Below are positions 47,843 through 62,527 of a stretch of 64,000 nt of DNA, one piece after another. The notes below the pieces were generated by a model. The model was not told where the DNA came from and did no database searches. It saw nothing but the letters and a program-made list of their open reading frames with translations. The first letter of the stretch is position 1, and every line of letters starts with the position of its first letter. The DNA is from Pseudogymnoascus verrucosus (lineage: Eukaryota): the NCBI GenBank assembly GCA_001662655.1, contig KV460230.1. One strand, 5' to 3'. The translations under genes and the position numbers were made by a program.

Positions 47843-50800
47843 ATGAGGGTGTTCCCCGAGCCAACTCAAAGCGCCAGCGAATTCTTCGGCCAGAGCGACA
47901 ATGCGCCCAGAAATCAACGGCATATGATGCTCAAGATGTCCGCTGATGTATCCAGCGCTCGCCCCGAAGCCAGCCACTTCGAATCCAGCAGCGGCTACCA
48001 TCACAAGCCATCCCACCCAAGGAGACGCGGTATTGCTGATCACAAAAAGGCTACACGTGCGGTTCGGAAGGCCCCAAGGCGTCGCCTTCTCCAGTATGGA
48101 TTGGCATTAGTAGCTGCGAGCCTCTGCGTCGCGCCTGTTCAAGCTGTCTTGGTCCCGTTTGAAAATTGTCTCCCGGAATCATACATCAACAGTGTTCCCA
48201 AGAAACTACAATTCACACCCACTTTCGTTGATGTTTCCTTCGATGCAGCAAGTGATGCACACAACCTGCTTTTCAAGGTCTATGGGAATGTATCCGGAAC
48301 ATATACGAATGTCAATCTCCCTCCGGCGAATGACCCTGCGTGGTCCGACCCGAAGTTTACAGATGGGAAGATAGAAAACCTTCCGCAACCTATTTACAAA
48401 TATACCACGCTATACAACAAAATCAATGTTCTGACATATCAACCGTGGAGCCAGTTTCTCAACTTCTGTGACCAGTTGGACAACGGAGTGTGCCCCCTTG
48501 GACCGGCATTCTCTGCTGATATGTGAGGATACCCATCCGTCTCCTACTTCATTTGTATATACTAATATACAGTATAGAGACCATCCAGACAGCTTCCCCT
48601 ATTTCAAAGTATCGAATAGCATGGATTCATCATATGCTTTCACGTCCCTGATTGCTACATTTTTGATCATAAATGGCGACAAACTAGACCCCGCGACAAA
48701 TCTCGGCTGCATAACTACAGAAGTGACTCCGGACCTCGGCGGTAGCCTTAGCGGTATGCTGAGGCTCGTTCCATTTGCCGTCCTTATACTGGTTGGAATT
48801 GCAACTGCAGTTGCGGGCATGTGGAGCCCCTGGGGCACCACAAACCTCTTCAAGTGGACGACAAACTACGGCAGAGATGCTGACCTGCTGAGATTGGTTA
48901 CGCCTGGTTTTGGTGACTGCTTACAGTACATTCAATTCGTTGTTCTCACAGGAGGGCTTTCCCTAAGCTATCCCGGCTTCTACCAGCCCGTCGTAAGCAA
49001 GTTTGCCTGGTCAGCGCTCATGTTCGACAAGAGTTTCGTCACGAAAGGGGATGGCACAAAGGCCCTCGTTGATGGCATCTATGTCACGCATGGAGCCCAT
49101 GGCCTTGATCATATAAGCCAGCTCGTTGGAATGACTGGAGTGACTGATATATGGGCAGGCATGGCCGTGTGGCTATTGTCGATTATAGCAATCGTGATAA
49201 CTGTCATTCAAATCGGATTCTTCCTTCAATGGGCTTTCCGTCGGTTCTCTAGGATCCAGGAGGAAGATCTACGGTCAAAGAACATGCCATTCACCGTCGG
49301 CAACGTCATCCGCATAGTCTTCAGTTACTTTTTACTACCGATTACCACGTTCTCGATGTTCCAGCTTGTCATCGCTGGAAGCTCTCCCCCAGCCACAGTA
49401 GCTCTAGCTGCTCTGCTGCTTGTTACCCTCGTCATATTCGCAGGCTGGCTGTTTTACGTTGTTGCATCGAGTAAGCCGCGCTCGTTTCTCTTCGATGACC
49501 TAAGGACCGTTCTCCTATACGGGTCACTCTATAATACATATTCGGACGATGCGGCTACTTTCGCCCTCGTCCCAGTACTCCTCACGTTTGTCCGCGGGAT
49601 TGGTATTGGGGCTGTCCAGCCGTCTGGAATAGCACAGATTGTGCTGCTGGCGATCTGCGAAGTCATCAATATCGTGGCCTTGCACGCATTCCGACCATTC
49701 CACTCACCCACTTCTATGAATGCGTATCATACATTCTTCGCCGGTGTTAGATTTACCTCAATTCTTCTCATGGTTGCATTTGCACCATCCCTCGATGTTT
49801 CGGATGGGGTAAAAGCATGGCTTGGATACTCAATTTTAGTGCTGCACGCCATCGTATTGATCTTCGGGTTTCTACTCAATGCGTTCCAGACGATAGTCGA
49901 GGTTGTAGCACGCCTGGCTGGCGTCGGAGTTGACGATGACAGTGGCTTCGCCAAAGTCTTCGGCTTGAGACAACTATCTCGACGATTGCCGCGCGGCGCA
50001 TACTCGAAGCAAAACCAGTCCTACAATGGTGCGCAGTTGGTTGACCGCAAATCGCCACAGTTATCGAATGGTGGCTTAAGGACCCAGTCGGCAAGCAGTG
50101 GGCATATTCTCTTGGATGGAGCTAGACCCATTGATAGAAATAGCAGCGCCTCAATCCAGCCTACGAACATGGACAGCTATAGTAGCTATACTCCAACGAC
50201 GGTTCAGGATGGAAATGCATTCCCATTCCTGCCATCCGCAGCAGTCCTGGCAGGACAAAAGGATAGAGGTGCTTTAACCCTCAACACTGTTGACACTTCA
50301 GATCCTTACTATCGACCACCTCGAGCCCGTCGACCCACCATAGACGCCTACAGTCCTGGAGCTAGAAGCAGGGGTTCTTGGGCAAGTGGCGATTGGGGAA
50401 TGAGAAGGTCGAGCCAGCCCGAGTCATTGACAGCAGGCGACCCCTTTGAAGGCCCCTCTACCTCTGGTCGCGAAACCCCCGTGCCCTCATACATGGCCGC
50501 CCAGAATCAGCATGCCGACCGCCCCTCCCAAGAACACAGGAGGTCCCAAACGGATTACACGACGCGCGAAGTCGATTTCTACTACGGCGTCCGCGGACCC
50601 GCACTCAACGCCAACGTGCCGAACCGCAGACTGCGCACTGGACCAGTGGACCCCACGAACCCGGTAACCGTTGCCAGCGGCTGGTTCAAGAACCTCCTCG
50701 GCGGAAAGACCAAGGAGAAGGGGAAGGGCTTCGAAGTCGTCCGCAGCTCGCGCATGCCTCCGGGGATGGCTGACCCTCGCAACGGGCCATCGCCCGAATC

Positions 50801-51488
50801 TCCACCCGAGGGCATCCCCATCGCCGCCACGGGCGCTATCAGGCGCGACTTGGATAACGACGAGCCTACGAATGTGGGGGAGGGGAATGAGATGATGGTT
50901 GGTGCCAAGTCGCCGTTGTTGTCGAAACATGATGATGATGATTCGGATGACGATGATTTGGATGAGGGGTTCGAGATGACGCGTATCTCCGATGCGCCCC
51001 CCTTACTCCCCGAGCTAGACCGCGGAAAGGGGTTAGAGATCCCGAGTCGCTTTCCTAGTAAGGCGAGCTCGAGAATGCAGCAGCCGCCGCTTGTGGATGA
51101 GGATATTCCGATTCCTCGCAAGAGCTCTAAGCGCGCGTCTCAGCAGGGCTTACAACCCCCTGATGCCTCGGGACAATCGTCCTTCGTGTCCTCCTCACCA
51201 GGTACTTCGGCTCGAGGCCAGAACGGCGATCACACGGGCCCCTCCTCGCACTCCCGCAACGACTCGGTGGAGCCGCCGCTGATAAGTCTTAATGACGACT
51301 CGCTCATGGGGAATCTGAATGACCACACGCGCCATGATCGCCCGACGAGCATGGGCGTCGTGAGGAATCATAGTATCCGCGTCACGGATCAGGGGTCGGA
51401 TGTGGATGAGGTGCGGAGTAGTGCTGCGGAGATTGTGAGTCTGAGTAGCCAGCGGTCGAGGGAGACGGGGCGGTCCGTGAGGGACTGA
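47843..51488 (+). CDS. TRP-like ion channel / FLC-Pkd2 family membrane protein (ML-like N-domain plus TRP domain); join(47843..48522,48578..51488), start uncertain
   Basis: Signal/TM segment, FENCL...CPLGP, YIQFVVLTGGLSLSYPGFYQPVVSKFAWSALMF, YGSLYNTY and multiple TM helices. Confidence 0.88.
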
Positions 51489-54274
51489 GATGGTGGGATA
51501 ATAACTAACTAATACTCTACTAACTCCTACTACTTGGGATGATTTTCTCTTCATTTTTCTTCTTCTTCAAATTTTTTGTACATGCGGCGGGATAGGGACG
51601 GGGGGAGGGAATAAGGGTTCACGAATCTCCTTTGTTTTCGTCGGAGAGGGAGAAAGCGGCTGGCGGAAAAAAAGTTCTCCTGGGCGCAAAAACGGGAGGG
51701 GGGATGGGGGGTGGGGTAACTTGTATATAATGGTTCTCTTTTTTATTTTTCGGTTTGGGCAAAGCGAGCGGGAGGGAGGGGAGGGATAGCGATTTATTTG
51801 CTGGGAAAGGGGGGAGTTTATCTTTTTGTGTTTTGCGGCTCTGCTTATGAAAGCGATGATGAGGGCCCGGGGGGATGGGGTGTGTGTGATATAATACTTG
51901 GGAAGGGGATGATAGGAGGTGATGGGCATGGGGATTGGGAAGGGAAGGGGCATATACAGTGCGTGCTAGTGGTGGTGGTGGCACGTGGAGTAGCTAGGAC
52001 CGACTGACCGACCGACCGACCTTTTGTGGTGGCGGGAGAAGCAATATATGCAATGTACTGTAACGAGGGACAGACAGGATGGGGAGTGTTGCAGATTGAG
52101 TGAGGTTGGTGGTGGTTGTACAGTAGATGCGTGTGTGTGTGTGGTACTACATCCCAGCCCGTCTAGATGAAAAGACTCTCTCTCTCTCACCCGCGTCTCT
52201 CTAGCCCTCTAGCCACATTGTATTCAAGGACACTGTAGAGTGCGTATGCGAGATGTGTGCAGCCAGACAGGCAGAGCACGGATTACCCCGAACATGCACA
52301 CCCCGACGATCAGGCCAGAATTGTGGAACACCAGCACCAGCCACGGAGCTCTTTCAACCCGCCAAGGTACCACCACCACCACATCTCACAGGAAAAAAAC
52401 ACCGCCAAAGAAACCCACTATAAATTGCTTGGTCTCCTCGGAGTCAATCCTGAGCTGTCCCCAACCCATCCCTCGGCTCACTGCTAGCAAGCAACTTAAG
52501 CCCATCCATCCGTGCCCCCTCAGCGCCTTACCTCTTCTAACCCTAGCAATCTAGCTGCTAGTTAGATTTCCTAGTTAGCGAGGTATAGGGTAGTAGGTGG
52601 TACGTAGGTATGTCTCGTCTCGAAGAGCCCTTTCCCCCATTCCCCCTAGCGCGGGGATTATGTCGACCCCTGCCCAGCTCAGCTCGGCTGGGCTTTGGGG
52701 GATAGAAGCTAGCTATGTAGCTGGACTAGGTGTACCAGCCAGCCAGCTCTCCCAGGTAGCGTTAGTTAGTGTTAGTAGTGTTAGTCCCTCCTTGCTAGGC
52801 TCTGTTCCTAGGCCGGAGCAGCAGGGTTCCACTTTAGATCGATTAGCGACTAGACTGGGAGGAGGCTGTGAGCGACATTTTTTCTTTTGGGTTTGGGTTG
52901 GGTACATGCTAGATTACTGTCTGCTATGGGAATCGTTAGTTCGCTAGTTTCGATTAATCTAGCTGGGCTTGTTTTTCTGCACTGGAGAGGCGCCGATGGG
53001 GATTGGGGACTTGAGTGCTCAACCAGGGTTCGGTTAATGGGTAATGGGTATTTGTTGCCTTTCTCTTATCGCGGTCGTGAGTCGTGGGCGTGCGTGTGAT
53101 TTTTTGGTGAGGAGACGGAGACAGAGGGAAGGAACCTGGTAGGGCGGAGCCAAGGAGAAATTGGGGAGACCGCGTACCTGCCCTGCGGCGGGAGGTGCCA
53201 GCTGCCAACGAGAGAAACATTGCCAATTGAGACGGGATACGTGCGTGCTGGAGGTGGAGGTGGAGGCGGAGGTATGAAGCCGGATGCGTATGAGGAGAGG
53301 GAGAGGGAGGGAGAGGAGAGGAGAGGAGAGGAGGAGAGGAGGGTGGTATTGTATGCACATTCTCTATGGATGGAATTGATAGGATAGGTGTCTAGATGTA
53401 TGGGTGTATGGATGTCTGGACAGATAGATAGAATGAGCACATGAGGGTATATACACACAGACTAAAATCTCAATGTTTAACAATCTCCTCGCTCAATCTC
53501 CCCCTTCCTTTCCCTCATTTATCCTATCCCGTCTGAAATTCATCACTATCTCCTAAACCACTTCTTCCTCCCGAGACCTTCCAAGCCATCCGACCTCCAA
53601 CCTCCACCCAGCCTCCGCCATCTCATCCCATACCCATACCTTCCCACGCCCCTCCCCTCCCCGCCACCCCACTTCAAAATTCCCTCTCAACCACAAAAAT
53701 CTACAACCACTACCACCACCACCCACACCCGAATCCCAATCCCCATCCCCATCCAACCTCCCCCCCCCCAGTCCCCCCCCGACCCCAGCTCGCTCTCCCA
53801 TCAATCCCTGTCCCCGGTTGGCCCAAATCTTGGAACCAGCTCTCTACAAACCCAGCCCTCCACTTTCCGTGAGCGGATTCCCATATCGCCAAAGGACAAT
53901 CCCTGCACCACTCGTTCGTCATCGTTCCATGATCGACAACCGCAAAAGTAGCGAATAGCTCCCCGAATCTCTCTACTACTTTCTCACACACGTCCGTCCT
54001 CCTCCCTCAACGACAACCACCCCCGACCTCTTCCTCGCGGAAAATACACCTGGGAGTTTCAATTCCAGCTGATGCTCAATTCGCAACCTCAGCTGTCGCG
54101 ATATCCCATCCGATCCCATCTCTCATTCAAAACTCCCAGGTAGCCCAGAACACGCCCAATTGATTAACAGCCTCCCACCTCGCCCACACGCCAGCTAGGG
54201 CCTGGCCACATCGCCTGCCTCATTGACGCACCTCCCCCCAACCCCCCACCACCACCACCCAAAAATCCGCAACC

Positions 54275-57200
54275 ATGGCGACCGCCGCGCAGGAAGCAGA
54301 GATCAAGCAGCAGGGCGCCTTCGAGGCGTCGCGCGACCCCACGAACCCGGTGTCGGCCGCGGATGCGGAGGCAAAGGCTATGACGGAGAGCAAGAAGGCG
54401 GGCGTGCAGGCGTACTCGTTTGATCCGGACGCGACGGCTGAGGAGAAGGCCGCGCAAGCTGCTTCGGTGAGGAATCCTTCCACTGCACCCCGACGACCGG
54501 GCGCGCGAATTGTCTACTAACGGCGATTTTAGCATGTGCCAGAGGGATTCCACCACGAGCACAAGGCGAAGGGGTATGCGATTGCGACGGACCTTGATGA
54601 TGGGAAGCCCGGCGCGTACGATCTGCCGCCGCCGACGACGGCGGGTGCGATTGAGCCGGTGAAGGATAAAGAGGGGAATATTGTGCAGGGGCAGCAGGAG
54701 GGCGACAAGGAGAAGTGGGTTGATCGCACGGGATGGGCGCCGAGATTTGGCAATGGCGTGGATCCCAATGCGCCGGTAGAAGAGTCGCTCCTGGACCACC
54801 AGACGTGGGTGGAGGGGCAGCTCCCGGATAAGTTATACGGAGGTAAATTGGGTCAATTCGTGGGGTTTATGAGGCTTTTACTAATTTGGGTGCGCAGACT
54901 GGTATCACAATACGGCGATTATTATTTTTGCTTGTTTGGCTTCCTACTTCATTGCCGTTCTCGGCGGTGGATTGGCCTGGGTTTTCCTGATCATGGCCGC
55001 GTGTGGCACGTACTATCGCACATCGCTCCGCCGTGTGAGGAGGAACGTCCGCGACGACATCAATCGCGAGATGGGCAAGGCCAAGTCCGAGTCCGACACC
55101 GAGAGCTTGGAGTGGATGAACAACTTCCTGGACAAATTCTGGCCCATCTACGCCCCCGTCATCGCAGACACCGTCATCAACTCCGTCGACCAGGTTCTCA
55201 GCACCGCGACCCCCGCATTCCTCGACAGCATGCGCATGCGTTTCTTCACGCTCGGCTCGAAGCCACCGCGCATGGAGCATGTGCGCAGCTACCCCAAGGC
55301 GGCTGACGACACTGTCCTCATGGACTGGAGATTCAGCTTTACGCCTAACGATACTGCGGATATGACTGCCAAGCAGATCAAGAACAAGATCAACCCCAAG
55401 GTGATTCTCGAGATCCGCATCGGAAAGGCGATGGTTAGCAAGGCGATGGATATCATTGTCGAGGACTTCGCCTTCTCCGGATTGATGCGCGTCAAGATGA
55501 AGCTCCAGATCCCGTTCCCCCACGTCGAGCGCATCGAGGTGTGCTTCCTCGAGCCTCCGGTTATTGATTACGTCTGCAAACCCGTTGGAGGCGAGTACCT
55601 TGGTTTCGATATCAACTTTATTCCGGGTCTTGAGACTTTCATCAAGGACCAGATTCACTCGAACATCGGCCCAATCATGTATGCGCCTAACTCCTTCCCT
55701 ATCGAAGTCGCCAAAATGCTGTCGGGCTCCCCGGTTGACCAGGCCATTGGTGTTGTTGCGATTACTCTCCATCGCGGCCAGGGCCTCAAGAACACTGATA
55801 AGTTTGCTGGTACTCCGGATCCATACGTCGCATGCTCGTTGAACTTGAGGGAGATTCTCGCCCAGACCAAGATTATCAAGGAGAACGCCAACCCCGTCTG
55901 GAACGAGACCAAGTACATCATTATCACTTCTCTTCAAGATTCTCTTACCCTGCAAACCTTCGATTACAACGAGATCCGCAAGGACAAGGAGCTTGGTGTT
56001 GCCACGTTCCCGCTTGAGAAGCTTCGCGATGTCCCCGAGCACGATAACGAGCAGCTTGAGGTCCTGTCCAACGGCAAGCCTCGTGGTGTCATTGCTACTA
56101 GCATTCGCTTCTTCCCCGTGCTTGGCGGCGGCAAGACTGAGGATGGAAAGGACGAGCCTGTACCGGAATCAAACACTGGTATTGCCCGCTTTACTGTTTC
56201 TCAGGCTAAGGATTTGGATGGTACCAAGAGTTTGATCGGCCAGCTTAGCCCATATGCCATCTTACTTCTCAACAACAAGGAGATCTTCACCTCTAAGAAG
56301 CTTAAGCGCACTAACAACCCTATCTGGGATGGTTGCCACAAGGAGATTCTCATCACTGACCGCAAATCTGCAAAGCTCGGCTTGGTTATCAAGGATGACA
56401 GAGGACTACAGACTGACCCTATCCTGGGTACTTACCAGATCAAGCTGAACGACATGCTGAGACTCATGGAGAAGGGCCAGGAATGGTACAGTCTCGCTGG
56501 AGACAAGTCTGGCCGCGCTAAGATGACTCTGCAATGGAAGCCCGTTGCCCTTACCGGCGTCGGAGCAGGAACCGGCGGATACGTCACCCCTATCGGTGTC
56601 ATGCGCATCCACTTCAAGAACGCGCGCGAGATCCGCAATGTCGAGACCGTCGGCAAGTCTGATCCATACGCAAGGGTTATGCTTTCGGGTATTGAGAAGG
56701 GTCGCACTGTGACCCACCAGAATGATCTGAACCCCAACTTTGACGAAGTTATCTATGTCCCCATGCACAACGAGCGCGAGAAGCTCACCCTCGAGCTGCT
56801 GGACCAGGAGAACCTTGGAAAGGATCGCACTTTGGGCCAGGTCGAGGTTTTGGCTAGTGACTACATCAAGCAGGGCGAGAACGGAGAGTATCTCGTCTCT
56901 GACGCGAAGACGCCGCTGTCGAAGGGTCTCCAGATCCATGGAAAGGGTAGCTCTAAGGGCACGTTGAACTACGATATTTCCTTCTACCCATGCCTCAACA
57001 TCGCCGATCCCGAGGACGACGAGGAGGAGGAGAAGAAGAAGCAGCACAGGCGTACTGCTTCAGGGTTATCTGCGGCGTCTGGTCGTAAATCTATCGATAG
57101 CGTGGCCACAAACGGTACCAAGGATGCTGTTGCAAAGGAGAACGCGAAGGCGAATGGTGATGGCACGGTTAACAAAGACTTGGCCAGTGCTCTCGCACAG

Positions 57201-58931
57201 GGAGAGCAAGACCAGGAGGACCTGGAAGAGGAGAAGACGGTGCCAAAGATCAAGCTCTCGCCCGAGGAACTCCTCAAGCACGACAGCGGTCTCGTCATCT
57301 TCAAGCTCTTGGAGGCTGATCTGCAAGAGACCAATGTGCACGTGGAGGTCTTGGTTGACGATATGTTGTTCCCATCGTACTCGTCTGCTGAGGCGAGGAC
57401 GAGGCAGCTCACCTTTGACGAGATTGGAGACTGCTTTATTCGTGAGCTTGAGTTCTCTAGGCTTACGATCAGATTGAGCAGGAAGGGTGATGTTCGCGGG
57501 GATGACGATGATGATGACAGGATTGTTGCTACGCTCACCGGTAACACGATGGATACTGTGAAGCAATGCCTTGTGAGTTATACGTATTTGGTTTCTATTT
57601 AGCACTACTAACTCATAGTATAGAACAACCCTACTATTTTGAAACTCAAGGACGACAGGGGACATATCAGCACCATCAAGGTCAGCCTCAAGTACATCCC
57701 CGTGCAGATGCATCTCCACCCCAGCGAGAGCTTGAACAACATGGGAACTCTCCGCGTCGACATCCTCGATGGTGTCGACATGCCGTCCGCCGACCGCAAC
57801 GGCTACAGCGACCCCTTCTGCAAGTTCGAGCTCAACGGCCTCAACGTCTTCAAGACGCACGTCCAGAAGAAGACCCTCTCGCCCGTCTGGAACGAGTACT
57901 TCGAGACGGAGATCCCCTCCCGCACCGCCGCCGACTTCAAGTGCAAAGTCTACGACTGGGACTTCGCCGGCGACGACGACCACCTCGGCGACGCCAAGAT
58001 CGACCTCAGCACCATCGAGCCCTTCCGCCCACAAGAGCTCAAGCTCCCACTCGACGGCAAGTCCGGCACTATTCGCGTCCGCCTCGTCTTCCGCCCGGCT
58101 TACATCACGCGCACCCGCCACGGAACATCGACTTTCTCCAACAACTTCGCGGTACCCGGTAAGATCGTCACCGGCGTCGCTGGTGTGCCCATCAAGGGCG
58201 TCGGCATGGCTGCCTCTGGCATCGGCGCTGGTGTCGGCCGCGGCGCGTCGTTCCTCAAACACGGGTTTAAGAGCAAAAAGGACAAGAATAACTCTGTCGC
58301 CAGCGTGATCGTCGAGGACACGGACGCTACTGCTAACGGCACAAGCCCCACCACTGGCGTCGAGACCATCGTCACCGGCGGCGCTATTCCCGCAGCGGCA
58401 CCTTACAGCGACTCCCTCGCCCCGTCCCACACGCGCAACAAGAGCGTAACAGCCGGATCCATCTACAGCACCGCTGGCGGCGCCGCGCCGACGGGTAGCG
58501 CGACCATCACGATCGTGTCCGCGGAGGGCTACCCGCCTTCCAGCAACGTCATGGTGGTCATCCGCCAGCTGCCGAGGGAGAAGCAGATCCACAAGACCAA
58601 GCACATCAAGTCCCCCAGCGGCTCGGTGAAGTTCGACGAGACCTTCTCGGCGGCGTGCAGCGCGGACACGCAGTTCCAGCTCCAGGTGAAGGATCACGCT
58701 ACGTTTGGATCCGATGAGGTGCTTGGGCAGAGCGTGTTTTTTGTGGATGAGAGCGGGACGCAGCAGGAGAAGATTGTGCCTGCCGGGAGTGGACGGGTGG
58801 TTGTGAAGAGCAATTTTGTGCAGAAAGAGGAGGTGGGTGCGGAGAGCCCGGCGAGGGGGGGGTTGAGGAAGAGCTTTTTGGGGGGGAAGAAGGAGAATGG
58901 GAGGGCTAGTAGGGAGGGGACGCCTGCTTAG
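54275..58931 (+). CDS. TCB1: Tricalbin (SMP plus multiple C2 domains; ER-PM tether); join(54275..54466,54533..54842,54898..57572,57624..58931)
   Basis: TM hairpin, SMP start ESLEWMNNFLDKFWPIY, and C2 motifs GTPDPYV, GKSDPYA and NGYSDPFC. The paralog number is nominal. Confidence 0.93.
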
Positions 58932-59909
58932 GGGGGGGTATGATTAAAGGGGGAAAGGGTCTTTTTTTAGTGTGGTTTTTTTGCGAGGGAGGATGGGAAA
59001 ATGGATGGATTTGGGGGGTGGGTTAGGGTGGTAGGGTATATATTTTTACGGTCTGGGCAGTGGAATATCAATCGTGCGGTTTTTTTGTTCTCAAAAACTT
59101 CTAAATGGATGGGTTAAAGTGAAACCTGTAATGTGCTGTGTTGTGCTGGCTGGCCTTTGCTTTTTTTCGATGCCAATGTGGTGGTGCGTTGCGTGGGGTG
59201 TGGTTGTTACCCGCACGGGTTGCGCGGGAGTGCCACCCGTCTGTCTACCGTACCGAGTTAGAGAGCTGTTGCTGAGCTGTGCTATGGTATGCTCCGGTTT
59301 TTTGTTTTCTGGTAGACGTACGTCTCGGTGACGAACGGGGGGACGGGAGATGGGGTATTCCCGTGCAGCTTACTATATTTTGTTTTTTTCAGGACACGCT
59401 GAATGTGTTCCGACATAGGAGGAAGTGAGGATATAAGCAGCCCTCGTTGAGTGATTTTGTTGATTACTGCTGTATAAGAAAGTATTTAAATTATTATTCT
59501 AGGCATCGTATTGTGTTGTATAGAGAGAGTTAAACGCGTATCGTAACTTGGAAACGGGGGGTTACGAACGCCCGAACGAACGAACGGACACTACGGAATC
59601 CCGTACAGGGAGCAAGCAAGCACCGATCCGCATACGTGGGTGCGTCATCGCCCAGGCAGGCTGCAGGCATCCAAATAAATCGCACCCTCTCCACCACCAC
59701 GCCTGGACCCCGCCAAAAACCCTCCTACTCCTCTACAAACCCCCAACGCCACAAAAATACACAACAATAACAACTACAACTACCCCGTCCAGCGACCAAC
59801 AAACACTCGTGAAGGAAGAGAGACACACCGCATCCGCGGCCAGCAGCTCACCGCTTCCTCACCACCCACCCCGCCAAACCGGTCGTTTCCTCGCCATCCA
59901 GCAGCCATC

Positions 59910-62527
59910 ATGATAGCGGAAATCGGGAAGGTTTTGTTGCCTGGGCATGTCAGGTCGCGCGGCGAGTCGTCTGCTAGTACGTTTCCCCCATTTCCCTTCC
60001 CCCCCCCCCCCCCCCGCTCTAAATACCCGGCAAGCTCTCCCTCTATGGCGGTATTATTTTATACATATTTTCTTATGCCCGCTGCCCGGCGTTGCCTGAG
60101 CCCGGCATAGCGCGTGCATGGCGGGGTTCGTTGGTGGTGGTGGGTGCCAAGGCGGTGGGGGGGATATAGCCCACGAGGACGCTGGGGTCTAGGCGGTGGA
60201 GTAGAAAAAAAATCTACTCACCGCGCAAGGCGGATGGGTTGATATAATTCAGTTTGTTTTGTTCTATTTATATTGGGAGACATGCTAAAGCGAAGGTGGA
60301 CTGTAGGTAATCGGAGTAGTGTCGATGAGGGGAGCGTTGGGGGAACGGAGGATGAGACGACGGTTGTCGAGCCGGAGCAGGGGAATGGTGAGTCTTCTTC
60401 TGTGCTCCTTTTTGGGGGGAGGGGAGGAGGGAGGGCTAACGGAGGGGGGGTTGGTAGTTCTGTCGCATATTATTTCGCAGTTGAGGCCTGGGGCGGATTT
60501 GAGTCGGGTGGTGCTACCGACTTTTATTTTGGAGCCGAGGAGCATGTTGGAGAGGATTACGAAGTAGGTTGTCCTTGGGATACCGGAGGGTCCGGCTGGG
60601 GGGTTGAAGGGATGTGGATATGGGGGCTGACGAGGAGTAGTTTCATGGCGCACCCAGAGACGCTATTGCCGATGGCTGAGATTGAGGATCCGGAGGAGAG
60701 GTTTGTGTCGGTGGTGAAGTTTTATTTGAGTGGATGGCATATCAAGCCACCGTAAGTCTCTCCCTCCCCGATGACTCGAAAATATGTATACTGATATTTG
60801 TGGTCTACAGAGGCGTTAAGAAACCACTTAATCCGATCCTCGGCGAGACGTTTACCTGTGCCTGGGAATACCCTGACGACACAAAGGGCTACTACATCTC
60901 CGAGCAGACATCCCACCACCCGCCGAAGTCGAGCTATTTCTTCATGGCACCGGAGCATGGGATACACATTGATGGGTGCTTGAAGCCGCGAAGCAGGTTT
61001 CTAGGGAACTCAGCGGCGAGTTTGATGGAGGGTATTGCTATACTACGGCTTATGAACCATGGGGGCCCAAAGGGGGAGAAATAGTACGTGGAGATTCCGG
61101 CGATCCGGACAATGGAGTCATCTTTTAAGGGGCTAAGAAAGCTAACATCCACGGGAAAACAGCATCCTCACCCAACCCAACATGTACGCAAGAGGCATCC
61201 TCTTCGGAAAGATGAAGTACGAACTCGGCGACCACAGCTTCGTGCGCTGCCCCGAGCTCGGTCTCACAGCCGACATCGAGTTCAAGACGAAAGGCTACTT
61301 CACCGGCTCCTACAACGCGATCGGAGGGACGATCAAGAACGACAAGACCGGGGAAGTGCTGTACGAGCTGAGCGGGATGTGGACGGGCGAGATGGACATC
61401 AAGAACGTGCTGACGGGTAAGAAGGAAGTCCTATTCGATGCTTTGAAGACGAAGCCCACGCCTCCCCTCGTGAGGCCGCTAGAGGAGCAAGGGGAGAGGG
61501 AGAGCCAGAAGCTGTGGTATCGCACTGCGCAGGCGGTTATTGCGAGGAACCATGAGGTCGCTACGGATGAGAAGACCGCGGTGGAGGATATGCAGCGGAG
61601 AGAGGCGGCGGCCAGGTTAGCGGATGGTGTGGAGTGGCGCCCGAGGTACTTTAGGGAGGTGCGCACTCGACCTGGGGAGTCGGAGGAGGGCGAGGAGGGT
61701 CTGGATTGGATCTTGAATGCTGATATGTATGTTTCCCCCCACTTATTCTCCTTTATTGTGGCCATCTCGATTTTTTTCTAACGCGCAGGAACAGCGATGG
61801 CGCCACTCCGGCGGAAAAGGCCAAGCAGATCTTGGGGGTTATCCCTATCTTACCAGGACAGAGGTTCGAGGAGCGCATGCCGATTCCGCCGTCAAGGCTG
61901 TCGCGGGAATCGACGCGCGGGGGGAGGCTGCAGGATTTGAGGGCGTTGGATGATCCGTTGGCTGTTGGGGTGTCGGAGTCGAGGGTTCCTGTCCCACCGC
62001 CAATGGTGAACGTAGCGGGGAACGACCTCATAGACTTCGGACAAGATGGAGCTCCTGTGCCGGTGCAGGCTCCTGTTCAAGAGGCCCCGATTCATCCAGT
62101 GGCACCTGTACCCGTACCTGCCTTTTCTGAAGGAGCTCCTATCCATTCCAGGGCACCCGTACCCCCACCTGTTGCCATTCAAGGGGGTATCCACCCAACG
62201 GCATATGCACCCGTACCTGCTGTCGCTCCGGGGTCTCCTATCTTCCCCGCACCACATGCACCGGTACCTGCTGCCGCTCAAGCAGGTCCCGTCTACCCAA
62301 CGCCACATGTACCATTACCTGCTGACTTGTTAGCAGCACAAGTAGAACGCGGCGGACTGGCGCAGAGACAGATGGAGGCGACGCTTGCTGAGACAGCCAC
62401 GGGCAACAATGGGAAGCCAGGGTCTCAAAGCCCGCTGCTTGATTTCCACAAAGACCTCAACCAGTCACTGAGACGGGCGGATTCGGACACGAGGAGCATT
62501 GATGAGTTTGTCGATGCTGAGGGCTAG
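59910..62527 (+). CDS. Oxysterol-binding protein, Osh6/Osh7-like; join(59910..59961,60307..60387,60458..60563,60641..60751,60811..61083,61163..61726,61795..62527)
   Basis: [39 protein letters not shown] and the OSBP signature EQTSHHPP. The first exon is inferred via a GC donor. Confidence 0.9.

Noticed and set aside
51500..54200. Numerous short ORFs and GA/CT microsatellites
   Set aside because: Low-complexity intergenic/UTR DNA with no coding signal.
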